Origin: Candidatus Limnocylindrales bacterium
GTDB lineage: Bacteria > Moduliflexota > Moduliflexia > Moduliflexales > JAUQPW01
Length of the DNA stretch: 24,766 nt
Assembly (NCBI GenBank): GCA_035559535.1
Contig: DATMBG010000051.1
Location: forward strand, 496,001 to 520,766
Direction: 5' to 3'
Shown: positions 16,128 to 24,766 of the stretch, piece after piece
Position numbering within the stretch: position 1 is the first letter of the stretch
Layout of the letters: the number at the start of each line of letters is the position of its first letter
Translations under genes and position numbers: made by a program
Notes under the pieces: model-generated
What the model saw: the letters and a program-made list of their open reading frames with translations, nothing else
The model's database searches: none
What the model was told of the DNA's origin: nothing

Positions 16128-17115
16128 GAACCCAGAAAAATCAGGAGTTCTCGAGGCTCCTTTACTGAGAGTAATAAATTTAAAAACCTATTTTCCACTG
16201 AAACCAAGATTCTTTCGCCCAAAGGCTTATATAAAAGCTGTAGATGGGGTCAGCTTTCAACTCCTTCGTGGAGAAACGCTGGGTGTTGTGGGGGAATCCG
16301 GCTCAGGTAAAACAACGCTGGTTAAAACGATTGTCAGGCTATTGGACCCCACAGAAGGGCAGATTTTGCTCAATGGCGAGGATATTGCCAAATTATCCTA
16401 TGAAGAAATGAGACTCCGTAGACGACACATTCAGATGGTCTTTCAGGATCCTTATTCATCTTTGAATCCTCGTTTTAGCGTTCGGCAGATTATCGAAGAA
16501 CCTCTCCAGATCCATGATAATCTTTCGGAGGAAAAACGGATCGATGAGGTGGTTAGGCTTTTGGATCTGGTCGGGTTAAACGCAAGTTATATGGAGCGAT
16601 TCCCTTATGAATTAAGTGGTGGGCAACGTCAACGCGTAGGCTTAGCACGGGCCTTAGCCTTAAAACCCAAATTACTTCTTTTGGACGAGGTTACTTCCGC
16701 CCTGGATGTATCTACCCAGGCAAATATTTTAAACCTCCTTAAAGATCTTCAACAAAGGCTTTCACTGGCTTATTTGATGGTTTCCCATGACCTGGGGGTC
16801 ATCGGATACTGCTGTAACTGGGTCGCCGTCATGTATCGAGGACGAATGGTAGAATTAGCCAGGACCCAAGATATTTTTGCTTCCCCCAAACACCCGTATA
16901 CAAGACTTCTTCTCTCCAGTATCCCCGGTTCGGATACTTTTCTATTAGAAGGGGAGATAAACCATAAAACCACCGGGTTCCCGGGCGATTCGCATACCTG
17001 GACAGGTTGCGCGTTTTATTCCCGTTGCAGGGAGCACAAGGAAATATGTAGAGAAGTACAACCTGAGGAGCGTTACCTTTCCAAGGAGCATAGGGTGGCC
17101 TGTCACCTCTGGTAA
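16102..17115 (+). CDS. Peptide/nickel-family ABC transporter ATP-binding protein (DppF/OppF-like)
   Basis: KAVDGVSF, GESGSGKTT, VFQDPYSSLNPR, LSGGQRQR, HPYT...GCAFYSRC...HRVACH. Confidence 0.94.
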   Translation: MKTETILNKNPEKSGVLEAPLLRVINLKTYFPLKPRFFRPKAYIKAVDGVSFQLLRGETLGVVGESGSGKTTLVKTIVRLLDPTEGQILLNGEDIAKLSYEEMRLRRRHIQMVFQDPYSSLNPRFSVRQIIEEPLQIHDNLSEEKRIDEVVRLLDLVGLNASYMERFPYELSGGQRQRVGLARALALKPKLLLLDEVTSALDVSTQANILNLLKDLQQRLSLAYLMVSHDLGVIGYCCNWVAVMYRGRMVELARTQDIFASPKHPYTRLLLSSIPGSDTFLLEGEINHKTTGFPGDSHTWTGCAFYSRCREHKEICREVQPEERYLSKEHRVACHLW

Positions 17116-17182
17116 GACTTCATCCGGCCAGAGTCGGGTCCCTCTGCTATCTGGAAAGCCTGGGGAGCATTCCATTTAATCT

Positions 17183-18193
17183 ATGTTTCTAACTTTTTTA
17201 ATTAAAAGGTTTTTAGGGATGCTCACGACCCTGATCGGGGCCCTGACCCTGACGTTTTTTCTGACTCAGGTCATCCCGGGAGATGCCGCCATTATGAAGG
17301 TGGGTCAATTTGCAGACCCCACGGCCATAGCCAACATGCGAAAATTGATGGGACTGGATGAACCTCTTCACCGACAATATTTAATTTATTTAAAAAATAT
17401 TCTGCAAGGAGAATTGGGTCATTCCTGGAAGACAGGAAACGAGGTGGTAGAAGACCTTAAAGTTCGTCTCCCGGCCACACTGGAACTGGCCTTCTGGGCC
17501 ATGTTTTCTTCCTTTTTCTTAGGATTAGTTTGGGGAGTTGTCAGTGCCTTTCGTAAAGGAGGATTGGCAGATATTGCCACGCAGGTATTTGGAATCTTGG
17601 GAGGAGCCATTCCTATTTTTTGGCTGGCCTTGATGGGAGTTTATGTTTTCTACTTTCTTCTTCATCTCGCCCCGGCACCCACTGGCCGTCTGGGTATCTT
17701 AGATGAACCCCCCTCTCCGATTACCGGGTTTTACGTCCTGGATAGCCTTCTGGAAGGAGATCTTGACCTGTTCTTTAAGAGTCTTCACTACTTGATTTTG
17801 CCGGTCCTCTGTCTGGACATACTGCTCATCCCTCCGATTTCCCGTATGGTTTATACCTCCATTTTAAATGTTTTATCCTCAAACTATATCCGAACGGCTA
17901 AAGCCTACGGACTCCCAGAACGCCTTATCCGCTATCGATACGCCCTAAGAAATGCTCTGATTCCGGTCATAACCCTTTGCGGTCAATTATTTACCCACCT
18001 CATTGGAGGAATCGTACTGGTCGAAGTCGTATTTGCCTGGAATGGTATCGGGCGTTATGCCGTAAACAGCCTGCAGGTTGCCGATCTGGCCCCGGTTCGT
18101 GCGTTTATTCTCGTGGTTATCGTCTGTTCCCTCCTCGTAAATTTTATCATAGATCTTATCTACTTTTATCTAGACCCCCGAATAAAGGGATAA
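17183..18193 (+). CDS. Peptide/nickel-family ABC transporter permease (DppB/OppB-like)
   Basis: PGD, GLDEPL..QY, RLPATLEL, YIRTAKAYGL, ALRNALIP, DLIY..LDPRI. Confidence 0.94.
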   Translation: MFLTFLIKRFLGMLTTLIGALTLTFFLTQVIPGDAAIMKVGQFADPTAIANMRKLMGLDEPLHRQYLIYLKNILQGELGHSWKTGNEVVEDLKVRLPATLELAFWAMFSSFFLGLVWGVVSAFRKGGLADIATQVFGILGGAIPIFWLALMGVYVFYFLLHLAPAPTGRLGILDEPPSPITGFYVLDSLLEGDLDLFFKSLHYLILPVLCLDILLIPPISRMVYTSILNVLSSNYIRTAKAYGLPERLIRYRYALRNALIPVITLCGQLFTHLIGGIVLVEVVFAWNGIGRYAVNSLQVADLAPVRAFILVVIVCSLLVNFIIDLIYFYLDPRIKG

Positions 18194-18411
18194 GGAATAT
18201 GACCCCTACCTCCAGTTTTATAGTCCCCTTTGTTTTGAAATTTCCCCCTACCTTCCCAAAGAAAGACTCCAGAAACGCCCACAAAATAAGCGAATAATCC
18301 CAGAACTGTATAGAAAATTAGCACCCTTGATCGACCTGTCTTTCTGCCCTTTATCTCCTAATCTCTTATTTTGTAAAGAGTTAGTTAAATTTTCAATATT
18401 TAGACCTGGGG

Positions 18412-18427
18412 TGGTATAGGCCTTGCT
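18412..18427 (+). promoter_or_regulatory. Second sigma54 (-24/-12) promoter, internal, upstream of the solute-binding protein gene
   Basis: TGGTATAGGCCTTGCT: GG-N10-GC with TTGCT; within the 447-nt gap between the permease and SBP genes. Confidence 0.7.
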
Positions 18428-18640
18428 CTTTCAGATAGCCGGTATATTCAGTAATCCAGAGAAGTGGATGGTTCTTGCCACACAGGTATAGGGAAGTGTC
18501 ATATTGACTTCACATGGAAGCTGGCCACGGGCTATACCCCATTCATCTTTTTTCAGGCTTAGAACAAATGGGATAGGACCTATATCTATGGGAATTTGGT
18601 ATAAGTAAGTCCCATCCCCCTTATAAAAAGGAGTCAGAAG

Positions 18641-20314
18641 ATGAGGAAAGGCAGAGTTCAAAATCATCATACAGAAGCGGATATGGTCAACCTTACCCTT
18701 GACCGGCGCTCCTTTCTAAAGCTTGTGGGAGCTACAGGAAGTTTGATGGCCGCAGGGGATTTACTAACCGGATGGGAGAAGGTCGGGGAAGCTGCCGGTA
18801 AAAAAGTAACCCTGACGGTGGCTTTTCCTGCGGATATCGCTTCTTTGCTCCCGGATGTTTGGGCGGGAATGACCGAACATGTCATCAAACGCACCATCTA
18901 CGACTGCCTGCTCCATTACCAGACTCAAGAGGTCAATGGGAAACTCTATTATGACAATGATCGTTATGATATGCTCATTGCCAGTGACCTTAAGGTTTCT
19001 GATGACCGTAAGACCCTTACATGGACCATTCGGGATGGATGGACCTTCTCCAACGGGAAGAAGATTGATGCTTATGCCTGTGAGAAGTGCTTCCGATGGT
19101 ACTTTAAGCGGGATAGTATTGGGGCTGCCCAGATGAAGGTCGATGGAATTACCCGGCTAGAGGATGTGTATGCTGTGGATGCAAGGACCCTGGTCCACCA
19201 GCTTACCTATCCAGCTCCTTGGGGGGCCATTGCCAATTATATTCAACTGCTCAGCATCGTGGATGTAGATGAAATTATGAAACATGCCACCGAGAGCGAT
19301 CCCTATGGGGTAAAGTGGTTGGAGCGGGAAACGGTATGTTCAGGTCCTTACAAGATAGAGAAGTGGATAACAGGAGATCAATTCGTGGTGACCGCACGGG
19401 AAGATTACTATAAGGGTAAACCGAAAATAGACCGGATTATTTTTAAAATTATCCCGGACCCTTCAACCCGTTACATGATGGCCCAAAGGGGCGAACTGGA
19501 TATGCCGGCTAATCTGGATATGAAGGATCTGGAAATTTTGAAAAAAGATCCCAACTTCCTGGTCGAAGGATACGAAACCCTGGATTGGTGGTACCTGGGT
19601 ATGAATTGGAAAACGCCTCCCTTTGAGGATTTAAATGTTCGCAAAGCCATTGCCCACGCCATTCCCTACGATGAAATCATTAATACGGTCTGGTACAATT
19701 TTGCTACCCGCCTCAAGAGTTGCTATCCCATTCCGGTACCCGGGTATGATCCAACTCTATGGCCTTACGAATATGATCTGGATAAAGCAAAAGGATATCT
19801 CAATCAGTCGAGTCGTCCCAAAGGATTTGAGGTGGAGATGGCAGTGGATAACGATAATATCAATGAAGAACGAACGGCTATCCTGATCCAGGATGCCCTC
19901 AAAAAAATTGGAATCAATGTAAGTATCCAGAAAATGACGGCCGCTAAAAAATGGGAATCCTTGATTGCCAGGAAAATTGACTCTGCCGTGGCTGCTTTTA
20001 TGCCCTGGATTGCCGATGGAGGATATCATACCCACTGGAATCTCCTGGAAGATAGTTTTGCCAATTTTTTTAATTATAAAAATCCCGAGGCTGATAAAAT
20101 CGCTAAAGAATTTATCTATATGGATCCTAAAGATCCCCGACGCATTGAACTCATGAAGAAACATCAAACCCTGTTAATTAATGACGTTCATGCCGTTTAT
20201 CTCTTTGCCCCTCAGTGGATTTATCCCCACCGAAAGAACCTGAAGGGATTTGTTTACTTTCCAGATTCTATGCCTCGATTCAGCCTCATGGAGAAAACCA
20301 ACGATTTAGGCTAA
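18641..20314 (+). CDS. Family-5 (DppA/OppA-like) solute-binding protein with Tat signal peptide
   Basis: Twin-arginine motif DRRSFLK; IYDCLL, SGPYKI..W, PPFEDLNVRKAIAHAI; SD AAAGGAG before ATG 18641. Confidence 0.93.
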   Translation: MRKGRVQNHHTEADMVNLTLDRRSFLKLVGATGSLMAAGDLLTGWEKVGEAAGKKVTLTVAFPADIASLLPDVWAGMTEHVIKRTIYDCLLHYQTQEVNGKLYYDNDRYDMLIASDLKVSDDRKTLTWTIRDGWTFSNGKKIDAYACEKCFRWYFKRDSIGAAQMKVDGITRLEDVYAVDARTLVHQLTYPAPWGAIANYIQLLSIVDVDEIMKHATESDPYGVKWLERETVCSGPYKIEKWITGDQFVVTAREDYYKGKPKIDRIIFKIIPDPSTRYMMAQRGELDMPANLDMKDLEILKKDPNFLVEGYETLDWWYLGMNWKTPPFEDLNVRKAIAHAIPYDEIINTVWYNFATRLKSCYPIPVPGYDPTLWPYEYDLDKAKGYLNQSSRPKGFEVEMAVDNDNINEERTAILIQDALKKIGINVSIQKMTAAKKWESLIARKIDSAVAAFMPWIADGGYHTHWNLLEDSFANFFNYKNPEADKIAKEFIYMDPKDPRRIELMKKHQTLLINDVHAVYLFAPQWIYPHRKNLKGFVYFPDSMPRFSLMEKTNDLG

Positions 20315-20384
20315 AAGCAGCAGCTAGGGGGCAGGAAGAAGTGGAGTAAAAAACTGCCCATGGTCTCTGTTTTCTGAACTTTTA

Positions 20385-21284
20385 ATGGCTGTTGAAAGGG
20401 AAAGTCTTTTTCAGGCTGAAGAAATCTTCCGGCAAAGGATGCAAAGTCCCCTTCGAAGGCTGGGGGTATTTCTGGGACTGACCTGCAATCGACGGATCCA
20501 AATCGGTCTAATTTTAATTACGTTCTGGGTTCTGGTGGCCCTCCTGGCTCCTTTCATAGCGCCCTATGGTCCAGAAGAGGTTTTTCAAGGCGATAAACGA
20601 CTTAAACCCCTGGATAAATACTGGCTTGGAACAGATCAATTTGGACGTGACCTTCTCAGCCGAATATTATACGGAGCGAAATATGAGTTACTCATCGGCA
20701 TTATTTCAACAACTGGAGCGGTATTCATGGGAATCGGTCTGGGGGCTATAGCCGGATTTTATGGAGGGGGGGTAGATCAGGTGATCATGCGGATCATGGA
20801 TCTTCTCTTTGCCTTCCCCAGCTTTATCTTAGCCCTGATATTTGCTGGAATCCTAGGCTCTGGGGTGGTAAACCTCATCCTATCCTTAATTCTGGTCTCC
20901 ATTCCCATTTATGCCAGACTTATTCGAGGGGAAATCTTGCAACAGAAAAGACGACAATACGCCGATGCGGCCGTCGTTACAGGATGTTCTAAAAATCGGA
21001 TGTTGGTTCATCATCTCTTGTTCAATAGTTTGAATCCTGTGATCACCCAGTTTCCTATGACCATTTCCTGGGTAATCCTTACAGCCGCCGGAATTAGCTA
21101 TCTAGGTTTTGGCATTCAACCTCCGGCCCCGGAATGGGGGCTTATGATCAATGAAGGGAGTAATTATATTGTTTCCGGAGATTGGTGGATTTCCTTCTTC
21201 CCGGGAATAGCCCTGTTTACCCTCCTTTTAGGTTTTTCTCTATTGGGAGATGGACTTAATGAGAGCTTATACGCCCGAGGCTAA
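20385..21284 (+). CDS. Peptide/nickel-family ABC transporter permease (DppC/OppC-like)
   Basis: LGTDQFGRDLLSRILYG, MRIMD...AFP, SYLGFGIQPPAPEWGLMI, LLGDGL. Confidence 0.94.
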   Translation: MAVERESLFQAEEIFRQRMQSPLRRLGVFLGLTCNRRIQIGLILITFWVLVALLAPFIAPYGPEEVFQGDKRLKPLDKYWLGTDQFGRDLLSRILYGAKYELLIGIISTTGAVFMGIGLGAIAGFYGGGVDQVIMRIMDLLFAFPSFILALIFAGILGSGVVNLILSLILVSIPIYARLIRGEILQQKRRQYADAAVVTGCSKNRMLVHHLLFNSLNPVITQFPMTISWVILTAAGISYLGFGIQPPAPEWGLMINEGSNYIVSGDWWISFFPGIALFTLLLGFSLLGDGLNESLYARG

Positions 21285-21309
21285 AACCACTACACTAAAA
21301 AGAGTGTAC

Positions 21310-21355
21310 CAAGGACTATGAACTCTAAACAGGGGTTTAGGGTTCATGGCCCTTG
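21310..21355. other. Long intercistronic hairpin (21-bp stem)
   Basis: CAAGGACTATGAACTCTAAAC-aggg-GTTTAGGGTTCATGGCCCTTG with two G-U pairs and one mismatch; no U tract. Confidence 0.7.
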
Positions 21356-21367
21356 AGTCCGTAGATC

Positions 21368-22144
21368 ATGATACCTCAAAAAGGAAAACCTCTACTTTGG
21401 GAAGAACTTTCTTGGACAGAGGTTCAAGAACTTACTAAAACCATGAAAATGGCCATTTTACCGTGTGGAGCAATTGAACAGCATGGTCCACATCTCCCAT
21501 TGTGTGTGGATACTCTGGATGTCTATGAGGTAGCCAAACGAATTTCAGCGGCAACCGGGGTACCCGTCCTACAACCCTTTTGGTATGGGGTTTCCCAACG
21601 CCATGGAGACTTCCCAGGAACCATTGCCTTCAGACCGGAAACCTTTATGATGGCCGTTTTAGACATTGCTCACTGGCTTTATAAGGCTGGAATCCGTAAA
21701 CTGCTACTGCTGAACGGACATATGTGGAATATCGGTTCTTTACAGGCTGTTCGGGATAAAATTCTGGACGAATTCCCCCGGGATATGCGGGTCCGTTTTA
21801 TGAATTGGTGGGAAGTCTCCGAACGGGTTCGTAATAAAGCTGCCGAAGATAACCCAGAAGATCCCACATGGATTCATGCCAATATTGCCGAGACTTCCTG
21901 TGTACTGGCCATACGTCCAGACCTGGTAGATATGAGTAAAGCCTCTAATTACGACGATATTAAAGTGTTCTGGGATTATCGAATGGATCAATATACTCCG
22001 ACAGGTATCGTCGGTAGAAAAACAACGGAATCTACCGCCGAGTGGGGAGAAGCACTCTTTCAAATGGTTATTGAAGATCTGGTTCCTCAAATTAAAGAAG
22101 CTCTGGAAGAACAACCTCGGGTGAAAGGAGATCTGTTCAAATAA
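21368..22144 (+). CDS. Creatininase / creatinine amidohydrolase family metallo-hydrolase (substrate unknown)
   Basis: LPCGAIEQHGPHLPL..D, YGVS..H..FPGT, LNGH..N, HA...ETS; metal-ligand motifs intact. Confidence 0.92.
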   Translation: MIPQKGKPLLWEELSWTEVQELTKTMKMAILPCGAIEQHGPHLPLCVDTLDVYEVAKRISAATGVPVLQPFWYGVSQRHGDFPGTIAFRPETFMMAVLDIAHWLYKAGIRKLLLLNGHMWNIGSLQAVRDKILDEFPRDMRVRFMNWWEVSERVRNKAAEDNPEDPTWIHANIAETSCVLAIRPDLVDMSKASNYDDIKVFWDYRMDQYTPTGIVGRKTTESTAEWGEALFQMVIEDLVPQIKEALEEQPRVKGDLFK

Positions 22145-22301
22145 TCAACTTCCTATCACCTTTATTTTGAAATTTTTATCTGTCTCAGGTTATAAAAATC
22201 CAGCATAGAAGATTCAAGATAGAAGGACTTTACCCCATGGACTGTGAACAAAAATCCTCCTTCCCTGGTTCATGGGGTAAGTAGATTCCCTGGAGAAATT
22301 T

Positions 22302-23006
22302 ATGGTAAAATCCCCGGTTATTGTCCAGGCAGACCCCTACGATTGGCCCTATGACGGAAATTTGGTCCCCGAACGAACGGCTCTTCTGGTAATTGATATG
22401 CAGATCGACTTCTGTGGGAAAGGGGGTTATATAGATCAGATGGGATATGATATTTCTTTGACCCGAGCCGCTATTAAGCCTATCCAAACGGTTTTAACTG
22501 CTATACGAAAAATCCCAGGTTTTACTATTATCCATACCCGCGAGGGTCATAAGCCTGATCTATCCGATCTTCCAGCAAATAAATTATGGCGAAGTAAAAG
22601 AATCGGTGCCGGAATCGGAGATCTGGGACCCCGGGGTCGTATCCTTATACGAGGTGAACCGGGATGGAATATCATTGAAGAGCTTAAACCACTTCCCGGA
22701 GAACTTATTTTGGATAAACCGGGGAAAGGAAGTTTTTATGCTACGGACCTGGAGTTGATCCTTAGAAATCGGGGGATTACCCATCTGATCCTTACAGGTA
22801 TTACAACCGATGTATGTGTCCACACAACTCTGCGAGATGCTAATGACCGGGGATATGAGTGCCTTCTTCTGGAAGATTGTACAGGGGCTACTGATTATGG
22901 AAATTACCTGGCAGCTATTAAAATGATTAAAATGCAGGGAGGCGTCTTCGGAAGCGTTTCAACCTCCAAGCGTTTGCTGGAAGCCTTAGAAAAACTAAAA
23001 ACCTAA
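22302..23006 (+). CDS. biuH: Biuret hydrolase (isochorismatase-like cysteine hydrolase)
   Basis: Closely matches BiuH as I recall it: [73 protein letters not shown]; Asp/Lys/Cys catalytic triad present. Confidence 0.88.
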   Translation: MVKSPVIVQADPYDWPYDGNLVPERTALLVIDMQIDFCGKGGYIDQMGYDISLTRAAIKPIQTVLTAIRKIPGFTIIHTREGHKPDLSDLPANKLWRSKRIGAGIGDLGPRGRILIRGEPGWNIIEELKPLPGELILDKPGKGSFYATDLELILRNRGITHLILTGITTDVCVHTTLRDANDRGYECLLLEDCTGATDYGNYLAAIKMIKMQGGVFGSVSTSKRLLEALEKLKT

Positions 23007-23302
23007 TCCCACTCCTATCCCAGGAAAAGAAGTCCTTTGATAAGGAACGGGTAAACGTTAACAAGGCTATGGGTTGTTTAAGATAGATGAAATTTATAAT
23101 GGATCTTTTACACCTTTTATCACCTGGAATAACCTATCAACAAAAATCTTCTATAAAGAAACCGATTATAAAATTTTATTGAATATTTAACAATTTTGAT
23201 CTATTTTCTCTAATACCATGGATATAAAGTCTTATTGAAGAGAATTTTGGGTCATCCTGAGGATGAAAGTTTAGATTTTTATTTTTTGTAAAAGGAGGTT
23301 TT

Positions 23303-23611
23303 ATGGCCGTTAAAAAGACGGGTGCAAGAGGTGAGAAAAAAGAACAACCCACCAAGAAAAAAGTCGTATTCCAGCTTTTAGCTCCTGAAGCTCAAAGCGT
23401 CAGAGTAGCTGGAAGCTTTAACAACTGGGATACCCAATCCTATGAATTAAAAAAAAATAAGAAAGGACTCTGGAAGACAACTATTTCTCTGGAACCCGGA
23501 ACCTATGAATATCTTTTTTTAGTAGATGGAAAATGGGAGAAAGATCCGGCCTGTACGGAGTTTGTCTCCAATCCCTTTGGGGGTCAGAACTGTACCATTA
23601 CCGTAACCTAG
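23303..23611 (+). CDS. Stand-alone glycogen-binding CBM48 (isoamylase early-set / AMPK1_CBM) protein with Lys-rich N-terminus
   Basis: APEAQSVRVAGSFNNW...GLW...L.PGTYEY.F.VDGKW..DP...NPFGG.N; SD AAGGAGG. Confidence 0.9.
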   Translation: MAVKKTGARGEKKEQPTKKKVVFQLLAPEAQSVRVAGSFNNWDTQSYELKKNKKGLWKTTISLEPGTYEYLFLVDGKWEKDPACTEFVSNPFGGQNCTITVT

Positions 23612-23750
23612 TGTTTAAAATAGAGATCCCTTTGTAAAAAGAGTTGAAAGGTAAGAAGAATTCTGGAGAGTCCCAGCTTTCAAAAATTAATCTAAAAAGA
23701 TTGATTTAAACAGTAACTATGCTATTAATGAAAAGAACTGAAGGGCGAAA

Positions 23751-24131
23751 ATGAAAATTTTTTTCAATGGAACGGTCCTGCAGGGTCAACCGGACCATGC
23801 TAATCTAGAAGGTTGTCTTTTCCTTAAAGCCACTTATACCGCTCCTGCCTACGCCTTATATTCTATCCAGGATAAACATCCGGGGATGTTTTGGGTTGGA
23901 AAAGAAAAAGGGGTTAAAGTATTCGGAGAACTCTACGAAGTACCTGAAAAGATATGGGAAGAACGTATCAGTAAGACAGAACCCCCAGGTCTATACCTGG
24001 GGCCCGTTCTACTGGAAGATGGGACCCAGGTCTATGGAATGCTTTATCCTGAAGAAGAAGCCCGTAAACATCTAGATATTTCCTCATTCGGAAGCTGGAT
24101 CAACTATCTCAAGAGTAAAAAATCCCCTTAA
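23751..24131 (+). CDS. Stand-alone allophanate-hydrolase C-terminal-like domain (gamma-glutamylcyclotransferase-like fold)
   Basis: F.NGT...G...H, TAP.Y.LY, HPG, GELYEVP, PPGL.LG.V.LEDG..V.G, C-terminal DISSFGSWINYL resembling the AtzF C-domain DIS.FGGWR.Y. Confidence 0.8.
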   Translation: MKIFFNGTVLQGQPDHANLEGCLFLKATYTAPAYALYSIQDKHPGMFWVGKEKGVKVFGELYEVPEKIWEERISKTEPPGLYLGPVLLEDGTQVYGMLYPEEEARKHLDISSFGSWINYLKSKKSP

Positions 24132-24147
24132 ACAACATTTACAAGTT

Positions 24148-24766
24148 CTACTTTAACCAGGGCCATTTAGCAGACTCGGGAGGGAAATAGGTCGTTTTCC
24201 TTTCTTGTTTACGAGCTTGTGGGGCTCTTTTTTTTCTATCCTTTGTATAAAAAGGCGGGGTGAAATCCTTTTGAGCCTGTTTATTCAAAATGGGATAAGG
24301 AGAGAAAGGAGCATTTTCCTTAATTGAAGTTAAGTTTTTGTTTTCAATGCTATATTCTTTGTACTCTAAAGCTTCAGTAATTTCTCTTCTGGATGGAGCA
24401 GAATCATTAGCTCCAGGGTCGATAGAACCATTCTTTGAATTACAATCCGAGGGGTATTCCTCCGGAACTATACAATCCACGCCCCTACTTACAACGTCTG
24501 CAACAAGAGTCAGATCTTTGGAAGGTTCTGGAGAAGTTTCAGGCTTCCAGATTCCATAGATTTTATCCATGAACGCTACCCAGATGGGTAGTGCTGTATG
24601 AGTTCCATCCCACTGAATCGGATCCCCCTGATCATATCCTACCCATACCAGGGTCAAATACTCGGGAGTGTACCCCATAAACCACCCATCCTTGAAATCA
24701 CTGGTCGTCCCCGTCTTCCCAGCTACCAACCCCTTATAACCCAGCTTCCTGGCCTCATAGCCTGTC
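24148..24766 (-). CDS. Class A penicillin-binding protein (PBP1A family), C-terminal part; 5'-truncated by the window
   Basis: Frame open to the window end (TGYEARKLGYKGLVAGKTGTTSDFKDGWFMGYTP...VWVGYD...ALPIW..FM); KTG transpeptidase motif. Confidence 0.9.
   Translation of the reverse strand, partial: TGYEARKLGYKGLVAGKTGTTSDFKDGWFMGYTPEYLTLVWVGYDQGDPIQWDGTHTALPIWVAFMDKIYGIWKPETSPEPSKDLTLVADVVSRGVDCIVPEEYPSDCNSKNGSIDPGANDSAPSRREITEALEYKEYSIENKNLTSIKENAPFSPYPILNKQAQKDFTPPFYTKDRKKRAPQARKQERKTTYFPPESAKWPWLK

Noticed and set aside
18199-18297. 32-aa ORF after the DppB-like gene with an SD-like AAGGA
   Set aside because: The SD-like sequence comes from the upstream stop region, the spacing is short and the peptide has no features.
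22302-23006. Triuret hydrolase or guanylurea hydrolase assignment
   Set aside because: Carries BiuH-type signatures (GGYxDxMGYD, [13 protein letters not shown]) rather than, as I recall them, the TrtA-type GGFG/TTEVC or the GuuH Gln-to-Glu change.
472-24559. Numerous short antisense or out-of-frame ORFs in the six-frame track
   Set aside because: They lie within well-supported genes and have no independent motifs.

Overview
Bacterial chromosomal window (about 45% GC by eye) of nutrient-acquisition genes, with no mobile element, CRISPR array, rRNA or tRNA recognised. In order: (1) a HAMP/HisKA_2 sensor kinase (5'-truncated) and a REC-ANTAR regulator; (2) an SsuABC/NitT-TauT ABC importer behind a structured leader with a strong intrinsic terminator; (3) a molybdate locus with a TOBE molbindin, an unusual ModE-wHTH/TupA-like fusion regulator and modABC, preceded by two ModE-type palindromes; (4) a minus-strand assimilatory sulfate-reduction operon (siroheme sulfite reductase, Fe-S APS reductase, an unknown protein, SirC/Met8p-like enzyme) preceded by a 72-aa upstream ORF ending CCCNMCCCS, a candidate cysteine-sensing attenuator; (5) an atypical D-to-E single receiver domain; (6) a Dpp/Opp-type ABC transporter with two sigma54 promoters, then a creatininase-family hydrolase, biuret hydrolase and a stand-alone allophanate-hydrolase C-terminal-like domain, suggesting an undescribed biuret-yielding nitrogen catabolic route; (7) a CBM48 protein and the C-terminus of a class A PBP. 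All calls come from motif recognition by eye; no database searches or folding calculations were run.
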